Origin: a virus
Lineage: Duplodnaviria; Caudoviricetes
Length of the DNA: 31,075 nt
Virus record (IMG/VR): IMGVR_UViG_3300042564_000331
Span: 1-31,075 of that record
Strand: one strand, 5' to 3'
Below are positions 17,348-26,561 of the stretch, one piece after another; position 1 is the first letter of the stretch; each line of letters opens with the position of its first letter. The translations under genes and the position numbers were made by a program. The notes below the pieces were generated by a model. The model was not told where the DNA came from, did no database searches, and worked only from the letters and a program-made list of their open reading frames with translations.

Positions 17348-17998
17348 ATGAAATTTAGTAATGAAACTATTAGTGTTTTGAAGAACTTCTCAATGATTAA
17401 TCCTGGCTTGGTGTTTAAGCCAGGATCGGTTATTCGAACAATGCATCCGCAAAAAACCGTTATGGCTTCGGCTACGGTCTCTGAGAACATCGAAAAATCA
17501 GCCCGTGTGTATGATCTTTCGCGATTCCTTGCAACTCTTTCGTTGTTTGATGATCCTGATGTAGAGTTTACTGAAGATAAATTCATCATTTCTTCGGGTA
17601 AAAGCAAAGTATCTTATACGTACGCAGCAGAAGCAATGGTAGTTGCTCCGCCTGAAAAAGAAATCAACTTCCCTACGCCAGAAGCAGTTGTCACTGTTAA
17701 GTGGAAAGATCTTGATTCCGTGATTAAAGCTTCGGGGGTCTTGAAGCTCTCTGAAGTCGCCTTCACCAGTGATGGTTCAAACGTGTCACTTTCGGCAGTT
17801 GACTCGAAGAACCCTACAGCAGATTCTTATAGTGTTATCATCGCAGAAAACACTGGTGCATCGCCGTTCAGAATGATCGTAAAAGTAGAAAATTTGAAAC
17901 TCATGCCTCATGACTATGAAGTTTCTCTCTCAGCAAAAGGTCTTGCCCATTTTAAGTCGAGCAAGGCTGAATATTATATCGCACTTGAAGCAAAATAA
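17348..17998 (+). CDS. gp45: Sliding clamp
   Basis: MKFS-ET-SVLKNFS-IN, YDL--FL, ENLK--P-DY-V and YYIALE motifs. Confidence 0.95.
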   Translation: MKFSNETISVLKNFSMINPGLVFKPGSVIRTMHPQKTVMASATVSENIEKSARVYDLSRFLATLSLFDDPDVEFTEDKFIISSGKSKVSYTYAAEAMVVAPPEKEINFPTPEAVVTVKWKDLDSVIKASGVLKLSEVAFTSDGSNVSLSAVDSKNPTADSYSVIIAENTGASPFRMIVKVENLKLMPHDYEVSLSAKGLAHFKSSKAEYYIALEAK

Positions 17999-18007
17999 GG
18001 AGTTAAT

Positions 18008-18199
18008 ATGCAACTTACAGTAAACGACATCGCAGCAGCCCTACAGGTTATTGATATTGTATCGGCACGTGGTGCTTTTCGTGGAGACGAACTTTCTCAA
18101 GTTGGAGCTCTTCGTGACAAGCTTGCAGCCTTCGTGAAGGCCAGCCAAGAAGCTCAGGCTGCAGAAGAAGCGGTTGACACCCCTGCAGAAGCAGAGTAA
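18008..18199 (+). CDS. Small conserved hypothetical protein
   Basis: AAGGAG RBS; LTV-DI---LQ-ID----RGAF-G-EL--VG pattern recurring in T4-like phages. Confidence 0.75.
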   Translation: MQLTVNDIAAALQVIDIVSARGAFRGDELSQVGALRDKLAAFVKASQEAQAAEEAVDTPAEAE

Positions 18200-18217
18200 T
18201 ATAGACTATACTACTAT

Positions 18218-18254
18218 AGCGATTACGTTTCGGCGTAATCGCTTTATCTTTTTA
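18218..18254 (+). terminator. Rho-independent terminator
   Basis: AGCGATTACG-TTTCGG-CGTAATCGCT followed by TTATCTTTTTT. Confidence 0.75.
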
Positions 18255-18271
18255 TTATGATTGGAGTGAAC

Positions 18272-19213
18272 ATGGAAGAATTCTTGTGGGTGCAAAAGTA
18301 CCGTCCGCGCACTGTTGATGAAGCTATTCTACCGAAAGAACTAAAGGACACGTTCCAGAAATTCGTTGATGATAGAAACGTACCGAACCTTCTCTTGTCT
18401 GGTCGGGCAGGTGTAGGTAAGACTACTGTTGCTCGAGCAATGCTTGACGAACTCGGCGCAGACTACATTGTTATCAACGGGTCGATGAATGGTAATATCG
18501 ATACACTTCGGGTTGATATTCAGAACTTCGCATCGACTGTTTCATTCTCTGGTGGTCGTAAGTACGTTATCCTTGACGAAGCAGACTATCTCAACGCAAA
18601 CTCAACTCAGCCAGCACTTCGTAACTTTATGGAAGAGTTCTCGAAGAACTGTGGCTTTATCCTGACTTGTAACTTTGCTAATCGTATCATTGAACCTTTG
18701 CAGTCTCGGTGCTCTGTGATTAACTTCAACATCAACGCAAATGATCGACCTAAACTTGCTGCACAGTTCTTTAAGCGAGTGTTGACTATTCTCGATGCTG
18801 AACGCGTTGAGTACGAACAAAAGGCTGTCGCCGAACTCATTAACACATACTTCCCAGACTGGCGTCGAGTTCTAAATGAACTCCAGCGTTATGCAGCAAC
18901 CGGTCGTATTGATACAGGTATCCTTCGTAACAAAGGTTCTGAGTCTATTGAGTCTCTTATTGGTCTTCTGAAAGAGAAACGCTTTAATGACGTTCGCAAG
19001 TGGGTTGGTGAAAACTCAGACGTAGACTCGTCAACTCTCTATAGGGCGTTGTACGACATCCTTCCAACTAAGATCGCAAGTACTTCTTCTATTGCAAATG
19101 CTGTTATCATCTTGGCAGAGTATGAATATAAAGAAGCGTTTGTAGCTAACCCAGAGATCAACCGTGCTGCGGCTATGGCTACTCTCATGGCTGAGTTGTC
19201 GGATTGGAAGTAA
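18272..19213 (+). CDS. gp44: Clamp loader AAA+ subunit
   Basis: LWVQKYRP, GRAGVGKTT, ILDEADYL, SRC and FPDWRRVLNELQRY motifs. Confidence 0.96.
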   Translation: MEEFLWVQKYRPRTVDEAILPKELKDTFQKFVDDRNVPNLLLSGRAGVGKTTVARAMLDELGADYIVINGSMNGNIDTLRVDIQNFASTVSFSGGRKYVILDEADYLNANSTQPALRNFMEEFSKNCGFILTCNFANRIIEPLQSRCSVINFNINANDRPKLAAQFFKRVLTILDAERVEYEQKAVAELINTYFPDWRRVLNELQRYAATGRIDTGILRNKGSESIESLIGLLKEKRFNDVRKWVGENSDVDSSTLYRALYDILPTKIASTSSIANAVIILAEYEYKEAFVANPEINRAAAMATLMAELSDWK

Positions 19214-19214
19214 T

Positions 19215-19412
19215 ATGTCTTGGTTTAGTAACTTTAAGAACAAGAAAACACCGTGCTTAATCTGTGAGAAAAAGTATCAAAAGAAGGATATGATTGAGAT
19301 CAAGTATCGGTATGGAAGTGGCGAGGGAACTATCGGCACCTCACACATGTGCAATGCTTGCAACGATAAGTACAGTAATCAAGAGGAAGAAGAGTATGGC
19401 GAATCCGTTTGA
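19215..19412 (+). CDS. Small CxxC...CxxC zinc-binding protein
   Basis: CLIC and CNAC pairs; fills the gap between gp44 and gp62. Confidence 0.6.
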   Translation: MSWFSNFKNKKTPCLICEKKYQKKDMIEIKYRYGSGEGTIGTSHMCNACNDKYSNQEEEEYGESV

Positions 19413-19788
19413 TTATGTGACGAGTATCCTTCAGACGAAGACTCATATGATGCGAGGTACTGAGAACGATAAGCTAGCAGAGAGTGGATACAATCCATGG
19501 CTGACGAATGCTTCTCTGTCGTACCACGAAGATACTATCTTGATGGCAAACCTTGTGAATGGTCTGCATCATTTGCCAAAGCTTGCTCAATACGACATCC
19601 TTATAAATATGGTTAGACCCAAGAAACGACAGTTTCATAAGTGGGCTAAAACAACGGTCAGTGAAGACTTAGATCTCGTATGTGAAGTTTATAAATGTAA
19701 CCGAACAGTAGGAAACGAGTATCTATCTTTATTGAGCGCCGAACAATTAGAATCGCTGAAAAAACAGCGACACAAAGGTGGAACATAA
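19396..19788 (+). CDS. gp62: Clamp loader small subunit
   Basis: NPFDYV-SI, YNPW--N--LSY, QYD-LIN-VR-KKR and KGG terminus; gp44-gp62-regA synteny. Confidence 0.9.
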   Translation: MANPFDYVTSILQTKTHMMRGTENDKLAESGYNPWLTNASLSYHEDTILMANLVNGLHHLPKLAQYDILINMVRPKKRQFHKWAKTTVSEDLDLVCEVYKCNRTVGNEYLSLLSAEQLESLKKQRHKGGT

Positions 19789-19790
19789 GG

Positions 19791-20186
19791 ATGAATATCG
19801 TTGATGATCTTGTAGAGGTTACTCTGCCATCTCAAGATTCTTTCTTGAAAGTGAAGGAAACACTCACACGCATTGGTGTTGCTTCGAAGAAAGATAAAAT
19901 CTTGTATCAGTCTTGCCATATACTTCATAAGCAGGGCAAGTATTATATCGTACATTTTAAAGAACTCTTTATACTTGACGGTAAAGCTAACACTTTATCT
20001 GAAGAAGACGCTGGACGCAGGAACACTATCGTAAATCTTCTTGAAGAATGGGGATTGGTGAAGGCAGTAAGTCCGGAAAAAGTCCAAGATCCTGTAGCTG
20101 CCTTATCACAGATCAAAGTACTTCCTCATAAAGAAAAAGATGAGTGGTCACTTGTAGCAAAATACAGTATTGGTAAAAGAAAATAA
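19791..20186 (+). CDS. regA: Translational repressor RegA
   Basis: FLKVKETLTRIGVAS, LYQSCHILHKQG-YYIVHFKELF-LDG and RRNTI--LL-EWGL motifs. Confidence 0.97.
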   Translation: MNIVDDLVEVTLPSQDSFLKVKETLTRIGVASKKDKILYQSCHILHKQGKYYIVHFKELFILDGKANTLSEEDAGRRNTIVNLLEEWGLVKAVSPEKVQDPVAALSQIKVLPHKEKDEWSLVAKYSIGKRK

Positions 20187-20217
20187 TTGACATTTTGAGT
20201 CAGTTGGTATATAAATA
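20187..20217 (+). promoter_or_regulatory. Composite early/late promoter for hsp20
   Basis: TTGACA(20187)-N17-TATAAATA(20210-20217): the -10 element is also an exact late promoter. Confidence 0.75.
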
Positions 20218-20274
20218 AGGGTGGGATGCCGCTATGGGTCCCACCCTTATCCTTGCTAATTGGAGGCATTAATG
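20215..20274 (+). promoter_or_regulatory. ROSE-like RNA thermometer in the hsp20 5' UTR
   Basis: 12-bp hairpin ATAAGGGTGGGA/TCCCACCCTTAT, then CCTTGCT-AATT-GGAGG where UUGCU can pair over the SD. Confidence 0.6.
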
Positions 20275-20724
20275 ACTAATCAATACGACCCATTTTCTAT
20301 TGGCTTTGACAAGTTTTTCGATAGATTCAAAGAACTTCAGACTCAAACAGCTAAAGCAATTACTTACCCACCATACAACATCAAGAAAAAAGGCGATAAC
20401 ACTTATGTTATCGAAATGGCAGTTGCTGGTTTTGGTAAGCACGATATTGAGATTACACTCGATAAAAACACTTTGAAGATTGATGGTCACGTTAAGCGTG
20501 ATGCTGATGACGAAAAGAACTATCTCTTCAAAGGAATCGCCGAGCGCCCATTTAGTCGCGCTTTCACTCTTGCAGACACGGTTGAAATCAAAAACGCTGA
20601 GCTTATCAATGGTATGCTTCGTGTCTGGCTTGACAACATTCTTCCAGAAAAGAAACCACGCAAGGTAAATATCACTGAGCCGAGCGAACCAAGCCAAGGT
20701 TCTTACGGCTACCTTAGCGAATAA
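20272..20724 (+). CDS. hsp20: Small heat shock protein (Hsp20/IbpA-like)
   Basis: IGFD, YPPYNI, IEMAVAGF, KGIA-R-F-R-FTLA and A-L-NGML motifs. Confidence 0.95.
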   Translation: MTNQYDPFSIGFDKFFDRFKELQTQTAKAITYPPYNIKKKGDNTYVIEMAVAGFGKHDIEITLDKNTLKIDGHVKRDADDEKNYLFKGIAERPFSRAFTLADTVEIKNAELINGMLRVWLDNILPEKKPRKVNITEPSEPSQGSYGYLSE

Positions 20725-20744
20725 TACAAAATAAAAGACTAAAT

Positions 20745-20768
20745 CTTAGGGGACTTCGGTCCCCTAAG
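20745..20768 (+). terminator. Stem-loop after hsp20 (terminator or stabiliser)
   Basis: CTTAGGGGAC-TTCG-GTCCCCTAAG; weak U-tract. Confidence 0.65.
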
Positions 20769-20771
20769 TAG

Positions 20772-20800
20772 TTGACACCTCGTGTACGATGGTGTATAGT
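20772..20800 (+). promoter_or_regulatory. Sigma70 promoter for gp43
   Basis: TTGACA(20772)-N17-TATAGT(20795). Confidence 0.8.
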
Positions 20801-20827
20801 GGTACTAATTACATCATAGGAGTTTGA

Positions 20828-23347
20828 ATGTCTTCTTTCTACACCTCGGTCCATCGTATGGGTGGCAGTATTCTATATCGTGGTTATACTGACAACGGCA
20901 CACGAATTCACGAGAAAGTAAAGTTTTCGCCTACGTTCTTCGTTAACACCACTGCTGATCGCTGGAAGAGTGGCTGGACTGCGCTCGATGGCACTCGAGT
21001 TGAACCGATTAAATTCGGGTCGATCAACGACGCAAAAGAGTTTATCGACACAAATGGCGATGTCGATAACTTTAAGGTCTATGGCAACAATAACTACGTT
21101 GCACAGTTCATTAATGAAAAATTTCCAGGAGACATTAAGGCAGACCTTCGTCATATCGCTATTGGTAACATCGATATTGAAGTCAAGTCTGATGATGGTT
21201 TCCCTTATCCAGAACAAGCAGCGTATCCTGTTACTTCTATCGCCATGAAGAACAGCAAGAGCTCAATCTACCATGTATGGGGATTGAAGCACTATGACGC
21301 AGATAAGTGTAAGACTGTGCCAGAAGGTTGCATGGTTCGATACGTTAAGTGTGATAACGAAGGTGAGCTTCTCATGAAGTTCCTGACGTATTGGGAAGAA
21401 CATTATCCAGACGTTATCACTGGTTGGAACGTACGGCTATTCGACATTCCGTATCTCATCAATCGCATCAAGCGTATTCTCAACGAGGACTGGGCAAAGA
21501 AGCTCTCGCCTTGGGGTATCGTGAACTATCGCCAGATTGGTGTGAAGGGTAAGTCTCTTGACGCTTACGAGATCTACGGTGTTCAACAACTCGACTATAT
21601 GGATTTGTTCCAAAAGTTTGGCTATGTTTATGGTCCTCAAGAATCATATTCGCTTAATCATATCTGTCACGTGATTCTTGGTGAACGCAAGCTATCTTAT
21701 GAAGAGTATGGTTCTCTGCATAACCTGTATGAACAAGACCATCAGATGTTTATTGACTATAACATTCGAGACGTCGTCCTTGTCGATAAACTCGAAGAAC
21801 AAACCGGTCTTCTTGCTCTTGCCTTGATTATCGCGTACAAAGGTGGGGTGAACTATCCTGATACGCTTGGAACCACCGCAATCTGGGACTCGATCATTTA
21901 TCGCTACCTCAGCGAAAAGAAGATTGCTATTCCACCATCGACAGAAAAGCATCGCCCAGAGTATCCCGGCGGTTATGTGAAAGATCCTCAGGTTGGTCGT
22001 CACGAGTGGGTAGTATCATTTGACTTGAACTCTCTATATCCGATGACGATTGTTCAATACAACATGTCGCCTGAGACTATCGTTGAGAACGCTTCATATG
22101 GTATGCCATGTGATGTAGACTTCTACCTGAAAGGTGTTGAGCTACCACAAGAGATCCGAGACATGAACGTAGCGGTTGCTGCAAACGGTGCGATGTTCAG
22201 AAAGGATAAGCAAGGATTCCTTCCGGAGATCATTGAGAGCTATTACGCTGAACGTAAAGCAACAAAGAAGAAAATGCTTGGTGTAAAGCAGAAGTATGAA
22301 GAGACTCATGCCGATGATCTTAAGCGTGAGATGAACCAGCTTGACAATACACAACAAGCAATTAAAATTCTTATGAACTCACTTTATGGTGCTCTCGGGA
22401 ATAAATACTTCAGGTACTTTGATATTCGTATTGCAGAAGGTATCACTCTCTCTGGCCAGTTGTCCATTCGCTGGGCTGAAAAGCATATGAACTTTGCGAT
22501 GAACAAGATCATGAACACCACTGCGATTGATTATGTTCTCTATATGGACACCGACTCTCTGTATCTCAACATGGCTCCTCTTGTTAAACAAGTAAAACCT
22601 GCAGATCCAGTAGCATTCCTCGATAAAGCATGTGACCAAAGGTTCGAAAAGGTTCTCGAGAATGCTTATGGTATTCTCTTTGAACAGCAGAACGCCTTTA
22701 AGAACACCATGGTGATGAAGCGAGAAGCTATCGCTGATGCCGGCATCTGGACTGCAAAGAAGCGGTATATCCTTAACGTTCATAACTCAGAAGGTGTGCA
22801 ATACGCAGAGCCTAAACTCAAGATCATGGGCATCGAAGCTGTGAAGTCTTCAACTCCTGCGATTGTTCGTGGTAAGTTCAAAGAAGCCTATCAGATCATG
22901 TTGAGTGGAACTGAAGGCGATCTTCAAAAGTTTGTGTCTGACTTCTACGAGGTGTTCAAAGGTCTTGCTCCGGAAGACGTTAGCTTCCCTCGTGGTGTGA
23001 GTGAGATCGGCAAGTGGCGAGATGGAGGTGCGCTCGTCAAGAGTGGTTGCCCTATTCATGTTCGCGGTGCTATCGTTTACAATCATCATGTGCAATCGTT
23101 GAAACTTCGCGACGATGAGATCAAAGATGGTAACAAAGTAAAGTTCTGTTATCTGAAGACACCTAATCCTATCGGGTCTAACGTAATCGCGTTTCCGCAG
23201 TTCTTGCCAAAAGAACTTGAAGCTCATCGTTACATTGACTACGATACACAATTTAACAAAACATTCAAGGAACCTTTGAAGCTCGTATCTGACGCTATCA
23301 AATGGGAACTTGAGTATCGCAACACATTGGAGAGTTTCTTTGCCTAA
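20828..23347 (+). CDS. gp43: Family B DNA polymerase
   Basis: Exonuclease DIEV, GWN---FDIPY, YN--DV; polymerase SFDLNSLYP, K--MNSLYGALGN, YMDTDS and KKRY motifs; uninterrupted. Confidence 0.98.
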   Translation: MSSFYTSVHRMGGSILYRGYTDNGTRIHEKVKFSPTFFVNTTADRWKSGWTALDGTRVEPIKFGSINDAKEFIDTNGDVDNFKVYGNNNYVAQFINEKFPGDIKADLRHIAIGNIDIEVKSDDGFPYPEQAAYPVTSIAMKNSKSSIYHVWGLKHYDADKCKTVPEGCMVRYVKCDNEGELLMKFLTYWEEHYPDVITGWNVRLFDIPYLINRIKRILNEDWAKKLSPWGIVNYRQIGVKGKSLDAYEIYGVQQLDYMDLFQKFGYVYGPQESYSLNHICHVILGERKLSYEEYGSLHNLYEQDHQMFIDYNIRDVVLVDKLEEQTGLLALALIIAYKGGVNYPDTLGTTAIWDSIIYRYLSEKKIAIPPSTEKHRPEYPGGYVKDPQVGRHEWVVSFDLNSLYPMTIVQYNMSPETIVENASYGMPCDVDFYLKGVELPQEIRDMNVAVAANGAMFRKDKQGFLPEIIESYYAERKATKKKMLGVKQKYEETHADDLKREMNQLDNTQQAIKILMNSLYGALGNKYFRYFDIRIAEGITLSGQLSIRWAEKHMNFAMNKIMNTTAIDYVLYMDTDSLYLNMAPLVKQVKPADPVAFLDKACDQRFEKVLENAYGILFEQQNAFKNTMVMKREAIADAGIWTAKKRYILNVHNSEGVQYAEPKLKIMGIEAVKSSTPAIVRGKFKEAYQIMLSGTEGDLQKFVSDFYEVFKGLAPEDVSFPRGVSEIGKWRDGGALVKSGCPIHVRGAIVYNHHVQSLKLRDDEIKDGNKVKFCYLKTPNPIGSNVIAFPQFLPKELEAHRYIDYDTQFNKTFKEPLKLVSDAIKWELEYRNTLESFFA

Positions 23348-23615
23348 AACAATCAAAGACTTTGACGATGACTTTGGTTTCTCTATGGTTGACACCGAAG
23401 AGATCTTGAGTTATAATCAACCTGAGATTAACACTCTTTCGACTGAGAACGAAGACCTTCGTCTCAGACTCGAGAAGATGTACAAAGCTATTGATAAACT
23501 GCTTACAAATCTATCAAAAAATCCAGACCAAGAATTAATTAAATGGCCGAACAGACTTGAGCGAATCACAGAGTTTCGTCTCAAGCTGGAACGCATTCGT
23601 AAAGGAGAAGAATAA
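23340..23615 (+). CDS. Conserved hypothetical protein between gp43 and uvsX
   Basis: DFGFS-VD and L-NL-KNP---I-WPNR motifs; TTG start with GGAG RBS overlapping the gp43 end. Confidence 0.7.
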   Translation: MPKTIKDFDDDFGFSMVDTEEILSYNQPEINTLSTENEDLRLRLEKMYKAIDKLLTNLSKNPDQELIKWPNRLERITEFRLKLERIRKGEE

Positions 23616-24691
23616 TGTCGTTAATGGATAAATTGCTAAAGGCGTCTACGGTCAAAATGACCGCGCCTTTGCTCGACTCAAAGGTATTTGGTAAGAAGGA
23701 AATGATTCCAACGCAAGTTCCTATGGTGAACGTGGCGTTGTCTGGTAGTGTTGATGGTGGTCTTTTGCCGGGTCTCACGATGCTTGCTGGACCTTCGAAA
23801 CACTTTAAGTCAGCTTTCGCTTTGCTTATGGCTGCAGCATATCAAAAGAAGTATAGCGATGCTATCATTCTCTTCTATGACTCGGAGTTTGGTACGCCTC
23901 AGGCATACTTCGAAGCGTTTGACATCGATATGACTCGAGTCATTCACACACCTATCACGAACGTTGAAGAACTGAAGTTTGATATTGTTCAGCAACTTGA
24001 AGCGATCGAGAAGAAAGATCACGTCATTATCGTTGTTGACTCGATCGGTAACCTTGCTTCGAAGAAAGAAGTCGATGATGCTGCTGATGGTAAGTCTGTT
24101 GCAGACATGTCTCGTGCAAAGCAACTGAAGTCAGTATTCCGTATCGTCACTCCGCACCTAAACCTGAAAGACATTCCAATGATTGTGGTTAACCACATCT
24201 ACATGGAACAGGGTCTGTATCCTAAGGCAATCGTCTCGGGTGGTACGGGTATCTACCTTTCGGCTGACAATATCTGGATTCTTGGTCGCCAGCAAGAAAA
24301 AGAAGGCACCGAGATCAAGGGCTATCACTTTGTGATTAACATCGAGAAATCTCGTCATGTTCGTGAGAAGTCAAAGATTCCGATCACTGTTACCTTTGAT
24401 GGTGGTATCTCTAAGTGGTCCGGACTCATGGACGTTGCTGAAGAAGGTGGATACCTTCGGAAGCCAAAGGTCGGTTGGTATGAAGCGGTTGATCCTGAAA
24501 CGGGTGAAGTGCTGTCGGATAAGCTTCTTCGTGCAAAAGAAATCGCTGACAACGGCGTATTCTGGAAGATGATGTTTGACAAAACCGGGTTCGCGGATTA
24601 TATTAAGAACAGATATACCGTAGCGACTCGTACTCTCATCAATGACGATGAAGTGCCGGTTGATATTGACGACGAAGATCTTGAAGACTAA
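23615..24691 (+). CDS. uvsX: RecA-like recombinase
   Basis: AGPSKHFKS, FYDSEFG, DSIGNLASKKE, DMSRAK-LKS-FRIVTP and SGGTG motifs. Confidence 0.97.
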   Translation: MSLMDKLLKASTVKMTAPLLDSKVFGKKEMIPTQVPMVNVALSGSVDGGLLPGLTMLAGPSKHFKSAFALLMAAAYQKKYSDAIILFYDSEFGTPQAYFEAFDIDMTRVIHTPITNVEELKFDIVQQLEAIEKKDHVIIVVDSIGNLASKKEVDDAADGKSVADMSRAKQLKSVFRIVTPHLNLKDIPMIVVNHIYMEQGLYPKAIVSGGTGIYLSADNIWILGRQQEKEGTEIKGYHFVINIEKSRHVREKSKIPITVTFDGGISKWSGLMDVAEEGGYLRKPKVGWYEAVDPETGEVLSDKLLRAKEIADNGVFWKMMFDKTGFADYIKNRYTVATRTLINDDEVPVDIDDEDLED

Positions 24692-24701
24692 TAGAACTAT
24701 A

Positions 24702-24728
24702 ACTGGTGGCAGATTCGCTGCCACCAGT
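24702..24728 (+). other. Intergenic stem-loop between uvsX and gp41
   Basis: ACTGGTGGCAG-ATTCG-CTGCCACCAGT, no U-tract. Confidence 0.6.
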
Positions 24729-24748
24729 CCAATTGATATGAGGTATGT

Positions 24749-26200
24749 ATGATCGAACAAACAATCTTAGCAGGTATGATTCATAATGAAGGTTATGTAA
24801 GAACGGTCTTGCCTTTTCTTAAAGATGAGTATTTTGAAGATCAAAACGAAAAGTTCATCTATACTACGATCAAGTCTTACATCGATGAATATAATGGATT
24901 GCCTACTCTCGCAGCTTTAAAGATTGCGATTGATGCATCAAATTCATTGAACGAAGAACGGTACAAACAAGTCAATACAACTCTTGATTCGTTGACTTAC
25001 GATGAAAAGACTGACATGACTTGGTTGGTCAATACTACTGAAAAGTTCTGCCAAGACAAAGCAATCTATAATGCAGTTCGACAATCAATCCTTGTTCTCG
25101 ATGGTAAGATTAAAGATCTTGATAAAGGTGCAATCCCAGAACTATTGAGTGATGCCCTTGGTGTAAGTTTTGACACGAACGTTGGTCACGACTTTCTTGA
25201 GAACGCAGATGATCGTTTCGACTTTTACCACCGAGTAGAAGAGAAGCTTGAGTTTGATCTTGAGTACTTCAATAAGATCACAAAAGGCGGTCTAAGCAAG
25301 AAGTCTCTGTCTGTCGCGCTTGCAGGCACAGGCGTGGGTAAGACCCTATTCATGACACATTGTGCGGCTGCATCGTTGTCTGCAGGTAAAAATGTTCTTT
25401 ACATCACCATGGAAATGGCTGAAGAACGAATCGCTGAACGTATTGACGCTAATCTTCTTGATGTAACTCTTGATGATCTTCGTCTACTTCCAAAGCCTAT
25501 CTACAACTCGAAGATCGCAAAGGTAAAGGCAAGAACCGTAGGTAAACTTATCGTTAAAGAATATCCCACGAGTTCTGCAGGCGCGAACCACTTCCGCCAT
25601 CTATTGAATGAGTTGAAGCTAAAGAAGAACTTTGTGCCTGACGTAATCTTTATCGATTACTTAAACATCTGTATGAGTGCTCGGTTGAAGCATGGTGCTA
25701 ACATGAACTCATACATGATGATTAAGGCTATCGCAGAAGAACTTCGTGGTCTTGCGATGGAGTTCAACGTTCCAGTCATGACTGCGACTCAAACTACACG
25801 TTCTGGTTATGGTAACTCAGATGTTGAGTTGACTGATACATCGGAATCGTTTGGTCTACCGGCAACAGCCGACTTCATGTTTGCTCTCATTTCAACTGAA
25901 GAACATGAGAAGCGCGGTCAACTTCTCGTCAAGCAACTTAAGAACCGTTGGGGTAGTGTTGATAGCCCGAAGCGATTTGTAGTTGGCATCGATCGCTCAA
26001 AGATGCGTTTGTTTGATGCTGAAGAGTCTGCTCAAGAAGGTATCACTGGTGGGCCAAAGCAGCTTGAGCAACAAGATAGACCTATATTTGATGGTTCTTC
26101 TATGGTGCAAGACTCAGACTTTCAACCAGATCATGACTTTGAACCACAGCGACTAAGCAGCTTTAAGAAAAAGAAACCAAATTTTGGAGGGTTTAACTGA
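24749..26200 (+). CDS. gp41: Replicative DnaB-like helicase
   Basis: EKFCQDKA-YNA, LAGTGVGKT, YITMEMAEERIAERIDAN, IDYLNIC, ATQTTRSG, SESFGLPATAD and KQLKNR motifs. Confidence 0.97.
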   Translation: MIEQTILAGMIHNEGYVRTVLPFLKDEYFEDQNEKFIYTTIKSYIDEYNGLPTLAALKIAIDASNSLNEERYKQVNTTLDSLTYDEKTDMTWLVNTTEKFCQDKAIYNAVRQSILVLDGKIKDLDKGAIPELLSDALGVSFDTNVGHDFLENADDRFDFYHRVEEKLEFDLEYFNKITKGGLSKKSLSVALAGTGVGKTLFMTHCAAASLSAGKNVLYITMEMAEERIAERIDANLLDVTLDDLRLLPKPIYNSKIAKVKARTVGKLIVKEYPTSSAGANHFRHLLNELKLKKNFVPDVIFIDYLNICMSARLKHGANMNSYMMIKAIAEELRGLAMEFNVPVMTATQTTRSGYGNSDVELTDTSESFGLPATADFMFALISTEEHEKRGQLLVKQLKNRWGSVDSPKRFVVGIDRSKMRLFDAEESAQEGITGGPKQLEQQDRPIFDGSSMVQDSDFQPDHDFEPQRLSSFKKKKPNFGGFN

Positions 26201-26201
26201 G

Positions 26202-26411
26202 ATGGGTTACCGCGTAAATGAAAACAACAACTCGTTCGAGATCGTTGAAAAAGGATCCGAATTGGTTGTAGCTCGCAGAAATGATAAGGATGCAGCAACG
26301 AAACTTTGCCGTTCGTTGAACTTAGGGTCTGGGTTTGATGGATTCACTCCACCGTTCTTTACCTTGAAGTATCCAGATGATCATGCAAAAGGAAATACCG
26401 CTCAAACTTAA
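26202..26411 (+). CDS. Small conserved hypothetical protein downstream of gp41
   Basis: LNLGSGFDGFTP-FF motif; GGAGG upstream. Confidence 0.7.
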   Translation: MGYRVNENNNSFEIVEKGSELVVARRNDKDAATKLCRSLNLGSGFDGFTPPFFTLKYPDDHAKGNTAQT

Positions 26412-26425
26412 TTGAGCGGTATTTC
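26386..26425 (-). terminator. Terminator hairpin, oriented for the minus strand and possibly bidirectional
   Basis: 14-bp stem GAAATACCGCTCAA/TTGAGCGGTATTTC (26392-26425) followed by CTTTTG on the minus strand. Confidence 0.75.
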
Positions 26426-26557
26426 ACCGTGCACGATACGTGAATGTTGGGCGGAACCCCACCGGCATTCTTGATGCGACCCCAACTGTTCCATCTGTGA
26501 TTTTGTATGCTATCACACTTGCCTCTACGTTAATTAACGTGATTACACGCACCCATA
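26386..26557 (-). ncRNA. Candidate structured late ncRNA (~170 nt)
   Basis: Bounded by a minus-strand TATAAATA (26569-26562) and a terminator; several complementary helices including a pseudoknot; no convincing ORF. Confidence 0.55.
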
Positions 26558-26561
26558 CGAT

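Noticed and set aside
20828-26200. Inteins, introns or splits in gp43, uvsX or gp41
   Set aside because: ORFs are continuous, of expected length, with no homing endonuclease or intein motifs seen
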